Assembly (NCBI GenBank): GCA_965661345.1
Contig: CBFIDK010000005.1
Span: 17,301 to 81,300 of the forward strand
DNA length: 64,000 nt
Reading direction: 5' to 3'
DNA from: Flavobacteriales bacterium
Lineage (GTDB): Bacteria; Bacteroidota; Bacteroidia; Flavobacteriales; UBA7312
The notes under the pieces are model-generated. The model was not told the origin of the DNA, ran no database searches, and was given only the letters and a program-made list of their open reading frames with translations. The translations under genes and the position numbers were made by a program. Below are positions 6,563-15,161 of the stretch, piece after piece (within the stretch, counting starts at the first letter, position 1; each line of letters opens with the position of its first letter).

Positions 6563-7615
6563 ATGATTAGAAAAATCTTAATTTCAGTAATAACAATTTT
6601 AACTTTTGTTTTAAACGCCAAATCACAAGATACTCTTGTGTCGGCTTTTTTTGGACTTGATAATGGACTACCAAGTTTATTATGTGGTACACCGGGAAGT
6701 CAGTTAGATGGTATGCCTGTGAATTTTATGTTTCCAATAGATGTATCCACCTTGTCAGAATCTGATTTTGAAGTTATAGATAGCCTTGGGAATATACACA
6801 TACCGATGTGTGCTGTTCTAGCACCAGCAAATGAAAACGGAGAAAATCGAACTGTGCTTCTGTTAGGTGAATTTGGTACCGCTGTTACCAATCCTCCTGT
6901 TGAAGTTAGAGTTGTAGGGGATTTATTTACGACTGATACTTTATCCGGAGAGTCCGCTTGTTCAGAAATCATAAACCTAAACGGAATCTCTACCAAGAAT
7001 ATTATTCCGCTCGCTGATGGTCCAAGTCTATTTTTTGCCCAAAAAATTTATGGTACTCTGAATGAATGTAGTTCAGGAACACAGACGATTCAAGTTGCTT
7101 GGAATGGTGGCATTACACCGTTTATAAGTGGGGATACCGAATCTGACTTATTTCAATACTATATTGGTTATTCTGATAGTTCGGGAGTTCTAATTCCACA
7201 TGTACCTATGTCGATAGCAGATATAAATGACAACGACAACTTTCACCAACTTTGTTTTTCTACAAGTGATAAAATTGTTAAAATTTCAATGATGGCTAAC
7301 ACGGTCGAAGACCCAAACCAAGACCCAAATTTATACAGCGAAATTGATGTTAGTTCCTGCCCTACTTTGACAAATATTGAAGAAACCCTTTTCGAAAAAG
7401 GGTATAAAATTTACCCGAATCCGTTTTCAGATGAAATTTTTGTTGAGAATCTTCTTGGTGATGAATACTTCATTATTTATGACTTTTTAGGGCGAAATAT
7501 TACAGAAGGAAAATATTCAGGAACAATAAAAATACCAGAAACAAAATCAGGTATATACTATATTACCATCCTAAACAATACCAATCAGACAACCTACAAG
7601 TTAATTAAAAGATAA
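6563..7615 (+). CDS. secreted protein with a T9SS C-terminal sorting domain (cassette 5 cargo)
   Basis: There is an N-terminal signal peptide. The C-terminal ~75 aa (KIYPNPFSDEIFVENL...GIYYITILNN...YKLIKR) fit the Por secretion tail pattern. Confidence 0.75.
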   Translation: MIRKILISVITILTFVLNAKSQDTLVSAFFGLDNGLPSLLCGTPGSQLDGMPVNFMFPIDVSTLSESDFEVIDSLGNIHIPMCAVLAPANENGENRTVLLLGEFGTAVTNPPVEVRVVGDLFTTDTLSGESACSEIINLNGISTKNIIPLADGPSLFFAQKIYGTLNECSSGTQTIQVAWNGGITPFISGDTESDLFQYYIGYSDSSGVLIPHVPMSIADINDNDNFHQLCFSTSDKIVKISMMANTVEDPNQDPNLYSEIDVSSCPTLTNIEETLFEKGYKIYPNPFSDEIFVENLLGDEYFIIYDFLGRNITEGKYSGTIKIPETKSGIYYITILNNTNQTTYKLIKR

Positions 7616-7616
7616 C

Positions 7617-7687
7617 TGCTTACAACAATGTGTATAATGTTCATGCCTCCCATTCGGTAGGCACGCCACATACACTAACTGTTGGGC
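7617..7687 (+). repeat. attC-like site 5 (71 bp)
   Basis: TGCTTAC-aacaatgtgtata ... catacactaact-GTTGGGC, with central stem gcctccc/ggtaggc. Confidence 0.7.
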
Positions 7688-7700
7688 GTAATTAAAACAA

Positions 7701-8576
7701 ATGGGATTCAAAAATTTTGACTTACTAGACTTTGAATTTGTTGAAGTACGATTTAATTGCTCAAATTGTGGAACACGTCTGCTATCCGAAAAAATTGAAA
7801 TTCCGGAAATATTTGACCCAGAATATCACGACAAAGAAGACTTTTTTTACACAAATGCTAGAGAAAAAACTTGTCCTAAATGCGATAAATGGCATATCAT
7901 TCACGTAGGCTTTGAAGATAATGAGGAAAGCGGTTATATCGAAATAGAAAAAGTTGAGAAAAAGGACATTCTAGAAGCTATTACTTATGACTATGGACTA
8001 TATTCCTATGAAGAAGACCAAGTAGACGCAATTCTTCGCTCTGATAATTCAATTGAAAGATTTGAGGAAGAGATAAAAAGTCTAATGGAACTTAACTCAC
8101 AATCTTTTAAAAAAGAAACACACGAGAAAACTATAAGAAAATTGGTTTTTTCAGGTGGTATAACCTGTCTTGAAGATTATTTATCTTCTACATTAATCAA
8201 GGAAGTCATTCAAGATGAAGTATTCTTCAGGAATTTTGTAAAAACTTACAAAAGAATAAATAACCGAAAATTCGAATTGGGAAATATTTATGACCAACTA
8301 GATAGCTTGTATGATATCGTCAAAAAAGAACTTTTAGATGTAATTTATCACGACCTCCCAAAAGTCAGAGGAATGTATAAAGATTCATTGGGAGTAATTT
8401 TTCCATCAATTGAGAATCTAATGAAGAACATTAAAACAAGACACGATATAGTGCATCGAAATGGAAAAACAAAAAATGGTAAATTTATTTTATTGAATAA
8501 GGAAGATATAGAATCACATTTAAAAGAAATTCAAAAATTCGTAAATAATATCGAAAAACAGATTAAAGAAATATAA
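7701..8576 (+). CDS. zinc-ribbon + HEPN-like protein (cassette 6 cargo)
   Basis: CxxC...CxxC (C20/C23, C58/C61; nt 7758-7883). The C-terminal helical domain carries R247-HDIV-H252 (Rx4H, nt 8439-8456). Confidence 0.6.
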   Translation: MGFKNFDLLDFEFVEVRFNCSNCGTRLLSEKIEIPEIFDPEYHDKEDFFYTNAREKTCPKCDKWHIIHVGFEDNEESGYIEIEKVEKKDILEAITYDYGLYSYEEDQVDAILRSDNSIERFEEEIKSLMELNSQSFKKETHEKTIRKLVFSGGITCLEDYLSSTLIKEVIQDEVFFRNFVKTYKRINNRKFELGNIYDQLDSLYDIVKKELLDVIYHDLPKVRGMYKDSLGVIFPSIENLMKNIKTRHDIVHRNGKTKNGKFILLNKEDIESHLKEIQKFVNNIEKQIKEI

Positions 8577-8584
8577 AAAACTAC

Positions 8585-8737
8585 GCCCAACAATGGCTAT
8601 AAGTAATTGCTTGTTCTCGCCTACACTTCAACTGGCTCAAGGCATAGCTTATGAAAATCCAGCTAGGTTTTTTGCCTATCTAACATAAAAAAGATAAATT
8701 TGAGTTGGAAAAACGAATAAACTTAAAGCCGTTAGCC
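8585..8737 (+). repeat. attC-like site 6 (153 bp), terminal site of the array
   Basis: GCCCAAC-aatggctataagt ... acttaaagcc-GTTAGCC. Its 3' two-thirds coincide with the right direct repeat. Confidence 0.65.
8671..8702 (+). promoter_or_regulatory. Bacteroidota-type promoter in the right repeat, facing the 8816 gene
   Basis: TTTG at 8671-8674, then a 20-nt spacer, then TAAATTTG at 8695-8702. Confidence 0.4.
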
Positions 8738-8748
8738 TCATGAAAAGC
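8671..8748 (+). repeat. right copy of the ~79-bp direct repeat (partner at 586-664)
   Basis: tttgcctatctaacataaaaaagataaatttgagttggaaaaacgaataaacttaaagccgttagcctcatgaaaagc. Confidence 0.8.
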
Positions 8749-8815
8749 CCACCCAAACTAGCCCTTTTTATGCCCCAGCAAATACATTGAATTAATTTAT
8801 TAAACCCTTAAAGAA

Positions 8816-10114
8816 ATGAAATTACCTTCCATTAGTTACCTCCTGAACAAATCCAAAGAATCTTTCTTGCGATTTCCCGCTACTCTTATTAGTGCATTGG
8901 TATCGGTCTGCGCCGCTATTTTCCTCATAGAGTATAGCAATGATATTACCAATACGTTTCCCTACATAAACATTCTAATAACATCGGCTTTGGGAATCCC
9001 CTTGTTCTTTGGTTTATCAATGTTTAACTCAAGCCAAAACTTCAACCGCACAAAAAGTGCCTTTAGCCACCTTTTGTGTCTGGCTATATTAGTGGTCATT
9101 TACTACACCCTTCCCGATTCTGACACCACTCACAACACCAGTATACCATACATCAGATACGGCATATTTAATGTAATTGTTCACCTTCTGGTTTCTTTTA
9201 TTCCATATCTAAAAGGCAATGCGCTAAACGGCTTTTGGAATTTTAACAAAATACTATTTATCCGCTTCTGGACGTCTGCTCTTTATTCAGGCTTCCTATA
9301 CATTGGGCTAATCCTGGCTTTATCGGCTCTAAACTTACTTTTTGACGTTGATATTGACGATGACCTATATTTTGAATTCTATGTCGTCATTATAGGGCTG
9401 TTTAACACATGGTTTTTCGTTTCTGGAATACCAAGCTCATTAAAAAACCTTGAAAACAACCACGAGTACCCCAACGGATTAAAAATATTTGCACAGTATG
9501 TTTTACTGCCTTTATTAACCCTTTATTTAATTATCCTTTATGCCTACGGAACAAAAATTATCGTTTTGTGGAATTGGCCAAAAGGAATAGTGTCGTATTT
9601 AATCTCTTGTGTTTCGGTGTTGGGAATACTTACCGTCTTGCTTCTGTATCCTTACGGTCAGCTAAAAAACAATTCTTGGATTAAGAAGTTTTCCCGAATA
9701 TTCTATTTCTCATTAATTCCACTTGTCGCAATTCTATTTATAGCCATCGGCTTTAGAATTGGGGATTATGGGTTTACCATCAACAGGTATGTTATTGTGT
9801 TGTTAGGCGTTTGGCTAAGCTTTGTTGCCTTGTATTTTTCTTTCGGAAAAAAGAATATAAAACTAATTCCGATGTCTTTGGCACTCATCCTTGCGCTAAT
9901 GTCTTTTGGGCCTTGGAGCGTGTTTAGCGTGGGCGAAAAGAGCCAAATTAATAGACTTGTATCAATACTAGAAGAAAACAATTTACTACAAGATGGGAAG
10001 GTTGTAAACGAAGTCATTTGGAAAACCGATAAGATACCCTCTCTTTATTCTAACGAGGTAAGAAACCCAAATGATGGTGTTCTAGTTGACTCTTTGCACA
10101 ATGAGGTTCTATAA
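8816..10114 (+). CDS. multi-pass membrane protein (DUF4153-like), possibly the 5' part of a frameshifted gene
   Basis: 432 aa with about 11 hydrophobic segments. The next ORF's frame is already open from 10105, overlapping this stop. Confidence 0.6.
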   Translation: MKLPSISYLLNKSKESFLRFPATLISALVSVCAAIFLIEYSNDITNTFPYINILITSALGIPLFFGLSMFNSSQNFNRTKSAFSHLLCLAILVVIYYTLPDSDTTHNTSIPYIRYGIFNVIVHLLVSFIPYLKGNALNGFWNFNKILFIRFWTSALYSGFLYIGLILALSALNLLFDVDIDDDLYFEFYVVIIGLFNTWFFVSGIPSSLKNLENNHEYPNGLKIFAQYVLLPLLTLYLIILYAYGTKIIVLWNWPKGIVSYLISCVSVLGILTVLLLYPYGQLKNNSWIKKFSRIFYFSLIPLVAILFIAIGFRIGDYGFTINRYVIVLLGVWLSFVALYFSFGKKNIKLIPMSLALILALMSFGPWSVFSVGEKSQINRLVSILEENNLLQDGKVVNEVIWKTDKIPSLYSNEVRNPNDGVLVDSLHNEVL

Positions 10115-10188
10115 TTAATTACCTCGACAAACACCACGGGTTTTCGGGGATTTCGCACTTATACGCTCAAAACATAGATTCTTTAATC

Positions 10189-10692
10189 GTGCTTTGCTTG
10201 GACTCAAACAAATACACCGATGAGTCCAACATTTATACCCGCTCTTTGGGCTTATCTCCTTACGAAAAATACTCATCACATTATGATTACTACACCTTTA
10301 ATGTTGAAGACATTATTGTTACCCAGGTTACATCCTACGATTACGTATTAGATTTTGACCTAAGTCAGTATGGAGGAATCTTGGATAGGGTTGATTTTGA
10401 ATTAAATGGAGAAGAATATTTTATAGAATTCAATCCTTCAGATCCAAATACACTAATGTTTGTTGAAAATAATAATCCGTTAGAAATTAGTGTTGAAAAA
10501 ATGCTGTCAAGGCTAACCAATACATATGGGTTTAAATCGGAATCGAGAATACATCAATCAGAAATGGAGATTGAAAAAAAGACAAGTCGCTTTGATATAA
10601 AAATGTTGTTTCATTCTATTGACTATAAAACCTCCAATGACTCAACCTATATTTCCTCCATGCACGGTAAAGTTCTTCTTAAAATACGGTAG
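10189..10692 (+). CDS. soluble domain ORF, probably the 3' part of the preceding gene
   Basis: GTG start in the track, frame open back to 10105, same strand, 75-nt gap. Confidence 0.45.
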   Translation: MLCLDSNKYTDESNIYTRSLGLSPYEKYSSHYDYYTFNVEDIIVTQVTSYDYVLDFDLSQYGGILDRVDFELNGEEYFIEFNPSDPNTLMFVENNNPLEISVEKMLSRLTNTYGFKSESRIHQSEMEIEKKTSRFDIKMLFHSIDYKTSNDSTYISSMHGKVLLKIR

Positions 10693-10733
10693 TAGCTTTC
10701 TTTTAATGAGTAAATAATCAAACTAAAAATAAA

Positions 10734-11954
10734 ATGAAAAAACAAATTTTACTTATTGGGGTGGCGGTACTGCTTCTCTCCTGCTCTTCACCGCTTGATA
10801 AAAAGTTTAACAAAGACACAGCTGAGGAAGCTGAAACAATAAAAAAGGCAAATGACCTTATCACAGAAAAGAAATACAATACCGCATTCAATTTACTTGA
10901 TAAGTTTGACCCAACAAACGATAAGCCCAACGTTGTTCTGCTAAAAGAGGAAATTTTGCTGAATTATTTTGTTACAAGCATTTTACACCAAATGTTTTCA
11001 TTAGTAGACATTAAAAAAAATGAGGATATTTTAGATTATAGAGGGAAAGAAGGGTCGTTTAACACTCAACTGTTTGCCGTGGACAGTATTCTAACAAGGC
11101 TTATCACTATGTATCCGACAAACTGCGAGCTTAAAAAAGGACTAGCTAATTATTATTATGAAGTGCATTTGAAATATGGTGGACGATGGCTAAAAGATGA
11201 CAAAGAATTATTTCCAATAATACAAACGAATTTTGAAAAAGCTATTGATGAGGGTTGTGCAGATTATTTATCGCATTACGTTTTAGCTTACATAAACCTA
11301 TTGCAAGAAAAAAATGAAGAAAGTATTCCGCATTTTCTAGCCTCAATAGAACTGAACGACAAATATGCCAGTTCACATTACAACTTAGCATATGCTTATT
11401 ATTTTACAAACGACGAAGAGAAAGCGTTGAAACACGCTAAACGCTCGCTTGACTTATACAGCGATAAAATATATAAAAGCGATGCTGCTCGAATGATTGG
11501 TCAAATTTATACCGAACTCCAAGATGATAAAAATGCTATCGCTTATTACGAAGAAGCAGATAAAATTGACCCTGAAAATTATTACAATATTAAGCCGATT
11601 CTCCACTTATACTTAAAGACAAATAATAAAAACACAAAGCAAACCACAAATGCATTTTTCAACCTTGATCCAACAAACCCAACAATTTACTATGACCTTG
11701 AAGAGGTTTATTTCAGCAACAATAAAGGCAACGAACTAATTGATTTTTACAAATCACAATTTCCTATGTTCAAAAACAACAACACGGTTCAGGGAGGGTT
11801 AAATTTTGGTTTAGCAAGAATCTATCTCCAAACCGACAAGAATATTGCGAAAGGTTTTTTTATCAAAGCGAAACAAGATTTTGAAAAGGTATATGATAAA
11901 AATCACGACGTTTTTAGAGTAATTGACGCGGGTCTAGAAAGGTGTGAAATTTAA
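10734..11954 (+). CDS. TPR-repeat lipoprotein
   Basis: Lipobox LLLSC and TPR-like A..Y/NLAYAYY repeats. Confidence 0.65.
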   Translation: MKKQILLIGVAVLLLSCSSPLDKKFNKDTAEEAETIKKANDLITEKKYNTAFNLLDKFDPTNDKPNVVLLKEEILLNYFVTSILHQMFSLVDIKKNEDILDYRGKEGSFNTQLFAVDSILTRLITMYPTNCELKKGLANYYYEVHLKYGGRWLKDDKELFPIIQTNFEKAIDEGCADYLSHYVLAYINLLQEKNEESIPHFLASIELNDKYASSHYNLAYAYYFTNDEEKALKHAKRSLDLYSDKIYKSDAARMIGQIYTELQDDKNAIAYYEEADKIDPENYYNIKPILHLYLKTNNKNTKQTTNAFFNLDPTNPTIYYDLEEVYFSNNKGNELIDFYKSQFPMFKNNNTVQGGLNFGLARIYLQTDKNIAKGFFIKAKQDFEKVYDKNHDVFRVIDAGLERCEI

Positions 11955-12034
11955 TTGTTACACGAAATACCTTTGCCAACTGTTGAATAATTAGTTAATT
12001 CGTTTTTACAAAAGCAGTAAAGACAAGGTACATT

Positions 12035-14497
12035 ATGAAAAAAATTATTTACTCGTTATTTATTTGTCTTTTTACGTTTATTTTTTGGAAAGAAAGCGTT
12101 TCACTAGAACTCTCGTTTTTACATGCCTGTGTGTGGTTTTTATTTTCTTATTTTTTATGGAAAACGGCTTACTATGGGTTATTAGCTTATGGTCTTTTTA
12201 CATATTTAATCCTTTCACTCACAGAGTATTTTCAATTTTCTGCTGATGTAATTAGCTACGGCTATAGCGCTTTGGTTTTTTTCTTGTCTAGCGCCTACAT
12301 CTTAATAAGCCAAAAAGTATCTTCGGTTTGGAATAATGTTCTTAAAATAACGTATTGGTTTTGTTGTTCCCTAGTTCTTTTTGTTCCCTTGATGTTTATG
12401 CTTTATTACGTTCAATTTGGAACAGCCGTTACCAACGAAACATTATACGCCTTGTTTCAGACTAACCGACAAGAGAGCTTCGATTATATCAACGACTTTA
12501 TTTCGGTTTACCTCCTTGTTTTACTAGCTGTAACAATAGGGGGCTCTTGGTTTTTTATTGCTTCGCAAAAGGTCAAAAAAACTCGTCTTCTATTACCAAT
12601 TATAATACTTGTTTCCAGTGCATTTTTTCTTGCTATAAGCCCACCACCCGCCTTGCCAAAAATGTTTTGGGAGGCAGTAAAAACGTACAAGCAAGAACTT
12701 GTTTTATTCAACAAAACAGCCTCAGAAATGGCCGTTAATAACATTCCGATAGAGGCATTCAAAAAAGAAAACGGCGAAACGCATATCGTGGTTATTGGCG
12801 AGTCTTTACACAAAAACCACATGAGTTTGTATGGATATCCCAGAAAAACGACGCCCAAACTAGATAGTCTACAGTTTGTTGACGGATTTATTTTGTTCAA
12901 TAACGCCTACGCCAACCATACCCATACAATTGAAGTGCTAAAATTGTCATTAACTGAGGCAAATCAATACAATCAAAAAGAATTTTATGAGTCCTTATCC
13001 ATTTTGGATATGCTAAACGCTAGCAATAACGAAACCTATTGGATAAGTAATCAAAATCTAAAAGGAGCATGGGATAATGTTGTTGGGGTAATCGCTGAAA
13101 GGTCAAATCACCTCTTAATGATTAATGCTTCTATTGGAAAAACCTCAAAAATGCAACACTTTGATGGGCAATGCATCGAGGAAATCAAGCGAATCGTAAA
13201 TACCCCAAGCAAAAAAAACAAAGTGATTTTCGTGCATTTAATGGGTAGCCATAGCCCTTATGATAGCCGATACCCAAGAGCTGAATTTCGTGCTTTTAGG
13301 GAAGCGCATCAAGGGGATGTTGGTTTTGTAGGTGCACAAATCAAGAATTTATCTGACTACGACAATAGCATCTTGTACAACGATTATGTGGTAGGCAGTA
13401 TCTTAGAGCTTCTCCAAAGCCAAAAAGGCGCCAACAGTTTCTTTTATTTATCAGATCACGCCGATGATGTCTTACAACAAAAAGGACACAATTCAGGCTC
13501 TTTCACTTATGAAATGACTGAAGTTCCAATGATGAGTTGGATGAGTGAAGAATACAGAAACAAGTACACCGCCACACACCAGCAGCTATTGAAAAACCAA
13601 AACAAATGGTATTCTAACGACTTGTTGTTCAATACCCTATTGGGTGTTTTTCAAATTGAAAGCCCAAAGTACGACAGTAAATTTGATCTCACTTCGGCCA
13701 ACTATCAACCAACTGACAGTAGCATTAAAGTTTTACATAACGCACTTTATACTGCCGATGACAATTACATTTATTGGCAAAAAGTCAACATTGACTATCT
13801 GATTAAAAACAAATTACATAAAAGAGTGTATCCACATCGCATAAATTCAATAGCTAAATTACAACAGGTCTGGAAAAGCGGTATGCGTTCGTTTGAGCTT
13901 GATGTTTTTTTTGAAAAGGATAGTGTTCAGCGCTTTAGGGTTGGTCACCATAAAGGAAAAATGGGGCGCGAGCTTGAGGTTTTATTAAACAGCATTAACC
14001 ATTATGAGCTACAAAATATTTGGATCGACTTTAAAAACTTAAACAAAAAAAATGCTAAAGCAGCTTTAAATGAATTAGAACGGTTAGACGACTTGTTCAA
14101 TATTAAAGAAAAGGCCCTTATAGAATCTAACACAGATGACGCTGTTTTTAGCTTGTTGAGTCAATATGGTTGGAAAACATCCTATTATCTTCCGACCTCA
14201 AAAGTGTTGGATTTAATGAGCGCCAATAATAAAGAAGGTCTTTCAATATTGTCTAAGGATATCAGTCAGCAAATTTTAGATCAAAAGGTTTCTGCTATTT
14301 CATTTGACGATAGGCTATACCCCTTTGTTAAAAATCACCTTGAAAACCTCATCTCTAAGGAAATAGCATACCACTGTTGGTACGGTCCAGAACTAAAAAG
14401 CCCAAGCTTTGAAACTGAACTAAAAAACAATCCTCTTTTTAAAGACCGAAGAGTTCACTCCTTGCTTTCGCCTTACTACTCCTTATTTCATTTATAA
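12035..14497 (+). CDS. membrane-anchored sulfatase-family phosphoethanolamine-transferase-like protein with an extra C-terminal GDPD/PI-PLC-like domain
   Basis: N-terminal TM bundle and HIVVIGESLHKNHMSLYGYPRKTTPKLD (12782-12860). The C-terminal extension has PHR (H601 R602) and FELD (E621, D623). Confidence 0.65.
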   Translation: MKKIIYSLFICLFTFIFWKESVSLELSFLHACVWFLFSYFLWKTAYYGLLAYGLFTYLILSLTEYFQFSADVISYGYSALVFFLSSAYILISQKVSSVWNNVLKITYWFCCSLVLFVPLMFMLYYVQFGTAVTNETLYALFQTNRQESFDYINDFISVYLLVLLAVTIGGSWFFIASQKVKKTRLLLPIIILVSSAFFLAISPPPALPKMFWEAVKTYKQELVLFNKTASEMAVNNIPIEAFKKENGETHIVVIGESLHKNHMSLYGYPRKTTPKLDSLQFVDGFILFNNAYANHTHTIEVLKLSLTEANQYNQKEFYESLSILDMLNASNNETYWISNQNLKGAWDNVVGVIAERSNHLLMINASIGKTSKMQHFDGQCIEEIKRIVNTPSKKNKVIFVHLMGSHSPYDSRYPRAEFRAFREAHQGDVGFVGAQIKNLSDYDNSILYNDYVVGSILELLQSQKGANSFFYLSDHADDVLQQKGHNSGSFTYEMTEVPMMSWMSEEYRNKYTATHQQLLKNQNKWYSNDLLFNTLLGVFQIESPKYDSKFDLTSANYQPTDSSIKVLHNALYTADDNYIYWQKVNIDYLIKNKLHKRVYPHRINSIAKLQQVWKSGMRSFELDVFFEKDSVQRFRVGHHKGKMGRELEVLLNSINHYELQNIWIDFKNLNKKNAKAALNELERLDDLFNIKEKALIESNTDDAVFSLLSQYGWKTSYYLPTSKVLDLMSANNKEGLSILSKDISQQILDQKVSAISFDDRLYPFVKNHLENLISKEIAYHCWYGPELKSPSFETELKNNPLFKDRRVHSLLSPYYSLFHL

Positions 14498-14604
14498 TGT
14501 GTTCAATTGAATTTCTGTTGACTTCAAAAAGGGTTTTTTGGTAAACACGGCCTAACGTTTCTTTTTTATACTTTTACAACTACTAATCCACTAAATCTTT
14601 TTAG

Positions 14605-15108
14605 ATGTCGATGTTTGAAAATAAGTTTGAAAAAGCGCTATGGAACTTGAGGTTTGTGGTAATTCTTTCGGTAGTATTATCAATAATATCGTCAATTACC
14701 CTGTTTGTAATCGGTAGTTGGGACATTCTGTATGCAATCGTATACCAAAACCCACTGTTCAACGCAGACATTAACAACAACACCGATTTACTGTTTAAAA
14801 TTATCTCCTCAATTGATTTGTTCCTTATCGGCATAGTGTTGCTTATTTTTGGTTTTGGTGTATACGAACTGTTCATCAGTGAAATTGATTTTGCAAAAGA
14901 TAAGTTTGCTGAATCTACACTAAAGATTAGTAGTTTGGATCAGCTTAAAAACAAAATAATTAAGGTTATTATCATTGTCTTGATTGTTAAGTTTTTTGAA
15001 AAAATATTGAAGTTAGCCCCAAACTTTACCACCCCTATGGACGTTTTATATTTTAGCCTTTCTATACTGTCTATCTGCCTGGGGTATTATTTGATAAACA
15101 GAAAATAA
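14605..15108 (+). CDS. YqhA/UPF0114-family membrane protein
   Basis: The FENKFEKALWNLRFVV start and the 4-TM layout are typical of UPF0114. Confidence 0.55.
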   Translation: MSMFENKFEKALWNLRFVVILSVVLSIISSITLFVIGSWDILYAIVYQNPLFNADINNNTDLLFKIISSIDLFLIGIVLLIFGFGVYELFISEIDFAKDKFAESTLKISSLDQLKNKIIKVIIIVLIVKFFEKILKLAPNFTTPMDVLYFSLSILSICLGYYLINRK

Positions 15109-15161
15109 ACTCCTCTTTTTTGTCCGTTTGAGGTTTAGGGTTTATCGGCTCTTCCGTATCT

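Larger units (their letters stand above)
982..8737 (+). mobile_element. integron-type gene-cassette array lacking an intact integrase (CALIN-like), six cassettes
   Basis: There are six co-oriented ORF units, each closed by an AAC...GTT imperfect palindrome. Complementarity between each cassette's first 6 nt and its own 5' attC box holds at 6/6 junctions with 0-1 mismatch. GC is low relative to the flanks. Confidence 0.75.

Noticed and set aside
4273-8737. I considered whether the gene-end palindromes are simply rho-independent terminators or generic REP elements.
   Set aside because: None is followed by a T-tract, unlike the genuine terminators at 545-576, 18557-18580 and 54626-54649. They are 68-153 bp long with bulged imperfect stems. 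Their terminal AAC/GTT boxes also show long-range complementarity to the first 6 nt of the same cassette, which terminators would not show.
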